From Entomortierella parvispora E1425 (taxonomy: Eukaryota; Fungi; Mortierellomycota): DNA of 64,000 bases. Positions within the stretch are counted from its first letter, which is position 1; every line of letters begins with the position of its first letter. Shown one piece after another: positions 59,201-64,000 of this stretch. Made by a program: the position numbers and the translations under genes. The notes below the pieces were generated by a model. The model ran no database searches, was not told where the DNA came from, and saw only the letters and a program-made list of their open reading frames with translations. The stretch lies in NCBI GenBank assembly GCA_020891255.1, contig BQFW01000013.1, positions 1,178,001-1,242,000 on the forward strand, read 5' to 3'.

Positions 59201-60787
59201 ATGGACCTCCTCCCTGAGCTTCATCTTCTCATCGGTGCTCGGCTCGACATTCGTGACTTGGCAGCTTGTGTTCGCGTCTCGAAGCAATGGAACGATGCCT
59301 TCACTCCGTTCCTATATCTCACCGCCCTGCCTGAAGATTATCAGAAACACTGGTCATCCTTTCAGCCACGCCTTCATCTTATCCACAACCTCGTAATTTC
59401 TTTGACCACGACAGAGCTCATATTGAACAGTCTCGTTCTGAACTGCAAGCATCTTAAAAGGCTTGAAATTGCTTTTCAGCCAGCTCTGGAGTCTGCTCGC
59501 AGCTGTTTACGATTGCTCGAGGGGAACCCACAGCTCGTCCAATTTCGAGCCACTGAGCTGGATCGGGCTCACCTCACCCCATCCCTTCTGTTGGAATCCT
59601 TGGATCGATATTGTCCTCGAATGACAAATCTAAGGCTTTTATTGATCCCGACCGACAGTGGGCTTTGGGGGCAGGTCTTGGTCCGCACTCTAAGCTCCCG
59701 ACTGACGCGCCTCGAATTGGGATGGGAAGGGGAAACATTGGACGTAGAGGCATGGACAGGGACCCTTCAGGAAGACGCATGGCCAGAATTTCCAGAGTTG
59801 CGAGAACTCGTTGTTTCAGTACCACGGGACCGACGTTGCTGGTCGGATCAACTACGGCTTTTCAAACAGGCACCCAAACTCGAATCCCTCTCTTGGCAAT
59901 TGAACCACCTTCCCAGATTGCCCTTTCCTATCAAGGGATTCGTGAACACCCTCTGCGGAATCCTGCGAGGACAGGATAACGTGAGAAATTCTAGTGGCTC
60001 TCTCTCTCCATGTTGGCCTAGACTGCACTCCATTCGGTTGAGCGAGAACTTGTCGCTTGCCAGGTCTAGTTTCAAGGACGCCATTGTGGCCCAAATCCTA
60101 AGGAATGTTCCCACCCATCTTCGGAAACTATCTTTGCCAAGAGCTGAATTTGATACTCTGGCGTGGCGAGCTCTTCAGCCACACCTGGCTTCGTTGGAAG
60201 TCCTGGAACTCGATACACCTAGCTGGATGATCCAAGAGTTCTTAACGTCCTGTCCAAACCTCAAGGGGTTGAGGGGCGGGAAATTCGAGGCCTTTGAAGC
60301 AGTCTCGGAAGTTGGAGCCAACATATTAAGGCACAAGGCGATTGCAAGGGTGAGAGAAACAGTAAAATCAACAATGCGTGTCAGGGCGTTGCTTCTGCAG
60401 CAAGGAGAGTTGGAGACGCTTTATGGAGAAGATGGAGAACAAGTAGAGTATGAGCATGCATTACCCACGGTTTATCCACTGCCGCGTCCTTGGATCTGTA
60501 GTGGCCTTCAGGTTTTTATGGTCGATCTTTTGAGCATGAGGGATGAAGAAGCAAACCATCAAGTGTTCAGGCAACTCGCAGAGCTGAAAGAGCTCCGCGA
60601 GCTACACATTTGTCTTTTCAACACGTCTCGGTCTGGATTCGATCCTCGTGTTTATCTTGGCGTAGACTGTTCAAAGCAACCATTTAAAGGCCAATACCAG
60701 AGTGTGTTGTCGATGGAAAGAGACGCGGTGGGGCAGCGACTCTTGGATATCTGGCCAAAGTTGAACAGCTGCAGTTGGATGTCATGA
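59201..60787 (+). CDS. F-box/LRR (RNI-like) protein, copy D, intact (528 aa)
   Basis: MDLLPELHLLIGARLDIRDLAACVRVSKQWNDAFTPFLY F-box, LRRs, and C-terminal PWICSGL...GQRLLDIWPKLNSC. Confidence 0.88.
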   Translation: MDLLPELHLLIGARLDIRDLAACVRVSKQWNDAFTPFLYLTALPEDYQKHWSSFQPRLHLIHNLVISLTTTELILNSLVLNCKHLKRLEIAFQPALESARSCLRLLEGNPQLVQFRATELDRAHLTPSLLLESLDRYCPRMTNLRLLLIPTDSGLWGQVLVRTLSSRLTRLELGWEGETLDVEAWTGTLQEDAWPEFPELRELVVSVPRDRRCWSDQLRLFKQAPKLESLSWQLNHLPRLPFPIKGFVNTLCGILRGQDNVRNSSGSLSPCWPRLHSIRLSENLSLARSSFKDAIVAQILRNVPTHLRKLSLPRAEFDTLAWRALQPHLASLEVLELDTPSWMIQEFLTSCPNLKGLRGGKFEAFEAVSEVGANILRHKAIARVRETVKSTMRVRALLLQQGELETLYGEDGEQVEYEHALPTVYPLPRPWICSGLQVFMVDLLSMRDEEANHQVFRQLAELKELRELHICLFNTSRSGFDPRVYLGVDCSKQPFKGQYQSVLSMERDAVGQRLLDIWPKLNSCSWMS

Positions 60788-62779
60788 AAATACGTTGCCA
60801 CCTAGGCAACTAACGGGACAGCATGGGGCGCGTACAAACAAACCTCTATGCTCAAGCCATTCCTGTTCCCTCTGGGTTCCGAGCAAGTGAACTTGACTAC
60901 CATGGTAGCCAACAGAGAGTTCCCTTCAAAGTAGATTGTTTTAGTTTGACCCAAGATTCTCAAAAGTGTCAGGAAAAAAAAAAGAAAAAAAGACAGAAAG
61001 TCTGATCAAATGTCAAGAAGTAGCAGCCAAGCTGGCATGGAATCTGGAAAGGCCTTTTTCCTTTCAACGCAAAGGCGAGAGACAGCTGTATCGGATCCTG
61101 TTCTGTGCAACATGTGCACGTCCCATCTCCGCTCTCCCACGGTGCAGAGGGTTTCTCTGTTTCTTGTTTTATTGCTGATCTGGACCCTTGCCTACCTGTG
61201 GTCTTCCTGTCTCCGTTTTCTGCGGAAAAAAGGAGACGGGCACCTCCTGGAAAAAGAAAAGACAAAAAGAAGAGTCGTCACCAAAGGCAATTGGAGCTCA
61301 GAGATACGATAGAGATCGAAAAGAAAACCACCGCCTTGGACCACCACCACCACCATCACGGTGAACACCACAGACCACCACGAGAGTGGACACTCAGTCC
61401 ATCTGGCATGTTTTTAGGTTCCCCCACACTGCATGAAAAACTATTACTATCCTTGTCCGGGTCCCCCTTGACTCCGTGAACTAAAGGCGACATAAGGAAG
61501 ACGCGAACAAACAATTCAGCGGACATACTGTAGAGAAAATGATTAAGTTTGCCTGCAAATAAGCCAATTCGATAATAAAAAAAAACAGAGAGAGGAGGGG
61601 TGGATCGGATAGTTGACGGTCCTTTGGTCGATCAAAGGAAGGAGGCGCCATCCGCCGATTACGTTTTATTCTGGTGGACAAAAAAAAAACAACACACGCC
61701 ACGAATTAAAAAAACATGGCGCATCCATCTCGTCTTGGAAGCTCAGTGGACCAACACCCTCAGAGTGCAACGAGTGAGGTTGCCAGCCATCGTGATAGAT
61801 ACCGACTAACGCGTCTTTGAGTACGAGAAAGAACTACGGGGTGATGATAACGATATTTGGGGCATTGGTCACTTGACATGGCGACAGGAAACTTATATTT
61901 GGCGGACGAGCGGGCTGAGCCACGATGGAGATAGTCAAGAGAGCGATGTGGTTACGACCTGTCCAGAAACCCAACATGCGAAATCATGGGCCATGAACTC
62001 ACAGATACACAGCAATCATGGAGTGTCGATGAGAGCCCAGAGATCTGCATAGAAGAAGCGTGATATTAAAAGATGTGGACAATGGACTCTGCCGTCTGCG
62101 TCACATAAAAAAAGAGCCAGAAGAGAACAAACAAATATTCCACATTCCGGTCGACGCTGCATGCACGCACCCACTCTCTCTCTGTGTGTGTTCTGCACTC
62201 GATCCTTCTGCGCATGGACGTCCCAATCTGTCTGTCTGTCTGTCTCTCTGTGTGTGTTGTCTCTTTGGCTTCTGGCGCAATGTACCCACACAGAGGCAAA
62301 GAGATCGGACCATAGACAATATGGACGCAATTGGAGACGAACCTTCCTCCTCGCTCCCTCCGTCCCTCCCTTGGTCCCTCGCCCGTCCAAACCCACATCT
62401 TTCCCGTCGTCTTTACCCTTTTAGCTTATGCAAAGGATGAAAAAGGAATATAAGGACCGGAATTCCCACTTCATCACTCTTCTTTTTTTTTGTATCTTTT
62501 CTTCACCGCTCAATCCTCTATCGATCTATCTCTTTCTCTCTCTCTCTCTCTTTCGATCCTGTTGCTCTCAGCGATCGACTAGTCTCCTCCTCCACCTCAA
62601 CATCTTGCCCCCTCATCCCCTCATCCCCCTCGCCGGTTACACTTCTCCCTTGCGCTCATTCGCTACAGCATTCTCAAGAACAAATCTCCGGGATTACCCT
62701 CGAAGTTCCTGATTTGATTCCCTTCAGACTGCACCCTTTATTTTTTTTTAATTTCATTCATTCATAATTTCATATCTCA

Positions 62780-64000
62780 ATGGCACCCAATACCCTCATC
62801 GACAACGGCGGCAGCAGCAGTGTCACTGGCATGTACCTTCCCCAAACATACTCCTTCTTGAGCCCAGAGACTTTTGAGACTTTGGTGGAAGGCTATATCA
62901 GCCAGCTTCATATCCGTAAACGCAACAAGGCCTTGATCACCCAACAGCTTGCCAACGATTGTCTGATGGTCTTGACCAACCCTGAGAACACAGCGATCTT
63001 CAACCCAAAGTTCCGGTGGTGGGTGCGCAAGCACTTTGTATTCACAGTTGTGGGAGAGCTTAGGATCTTGTTGGACAAGAAGAATGGAAAGCCCGTCTGT
63101 GTGCGTGAACAGCTGTATGACAAGGTCTGCTACTTCCACCACATCATCGGACATGGTGGACGCGACAAGACTTTTGCGGCGGTAAGTTTCTCTTTCTTTA
63201 AACCACTCACCCTGCGCGGGGAATGTCTATTTTTGCATGTTTGCCTGGGGAAGTCTTCAATTGCTGACCATTTCTTTTTTCTGACCCTTCCGACTTTGTC
63301 TCCTCTCCTTTTGCCCTCTCCTGATCTGACCTCCTATCAACCCCTCTCCTTTCGCCACTCTCGCGTGGTTCTGTCCTCCCTTGGTTTGATGTTGCACACA
63401 CACACCAAATAACATAACAACACAAACAGATCACAAAGTCCTACTCAAAGGTCCCTGCCGAGCTCGTTTCTCTCTTCACAAAAAACTGCCAGACCTGTCT
63501 TGGAGTGCGCAAATACAGCAAGAACAAGCGCCCCATCCTCAATGAGCACGAATACCCTCAGCATGTCCCTCAGCAACAGTCGTCCCAGGGTCTTACCATT
63601 GACACAAGTAGTTTCTCGTCTTCGTCCGCGTCCTCATCTGCCACCTCGTCTGCCAGCATTTACCAACAACAATATCACGGATTGATGAAGGGCGACCATG
63701 GTCCCATCACCCCCATCTCTCCCATGTTGCACAGCTCCACCTCGGGTCTCTTCAACAACGCGTACGCTCAACAGCAACAGCAGCAACACCAGTACTCAAA
63801 CCAGTTCCAGCATCAGATGGCTATGAACTTGAGCATGTCCGATATGACCCTGAGCAACGCCTTCTCCAACTTGGGACCCATCTCGACTCAGAACCACCAT
63901 CACCAGTATGCTCAACAGCAGCAGCAACACCACCAGACTCATTTGCACTCGGCCATGAGCAGTGCCTGCTCAACACCCACCACCTTGGCCAAGATGGAGT
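62780..64000 (+). CDS. Protein with integrase-type H2C2 zinc-binding domain followed by Gln/His/Ser-rich tail; 3' end beyond the window
   Basis: Exon 62780-63181, intron 63182-63429, exon from 63430: ...FRWWVRKHF...GKPVCVREQLYDKVCYFHHIIGHGGRDKTFAA|ITKSYSKVPAELVSLFTKNCQTC. No DDE core in the sequence available. Confidence 0.8.

Overview
Gene-dense, intron-rich eukaryotic DNA from an early-diverging fungus, most consistent with Mortierellaceae (Mucoromycota). This is inferred from short GT-AG introns with CTAAC/CTGAC branch points, an intronless F-box/LRR array, and retention of an SMG8-like gene. I reconstructed about 24 protein-coding loci by hand-splicing. Recognisable genes: TIM8, cytosolic HSP70, a ~21-exon ATR/MEC1 kinase, COX23, lipoate-protein ligase, TSPO, mitoribosomal uS7m, hexokinase, a membrane PDI, SMG8-like and BRX1. 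Accessory and unusual content: an intronless bacterial-type YitH-like GNAT; a Gly/Tyr/Trp-rich secreted peptide head-to-head with a flavin monooxygenase; a small Cys-containing secreted protein; a 1024-aa Zn-cluster-like/Rrn10-like/AT-hook protein; a TSPO with an 11-mer LEA-like tail; a Tim8 lacking the outer twin-CX3C cysteines; a PB1-(His/RGG)-UBA p62-like protein; a four-copy F-box/LRR array in decay; and a putative domesticated integrase H2C2 gene. I found no tRNA, rRNA, CRISPR array or intact transposon. All family assignments come from motif recognition and remembered reference sequences, not database searches.
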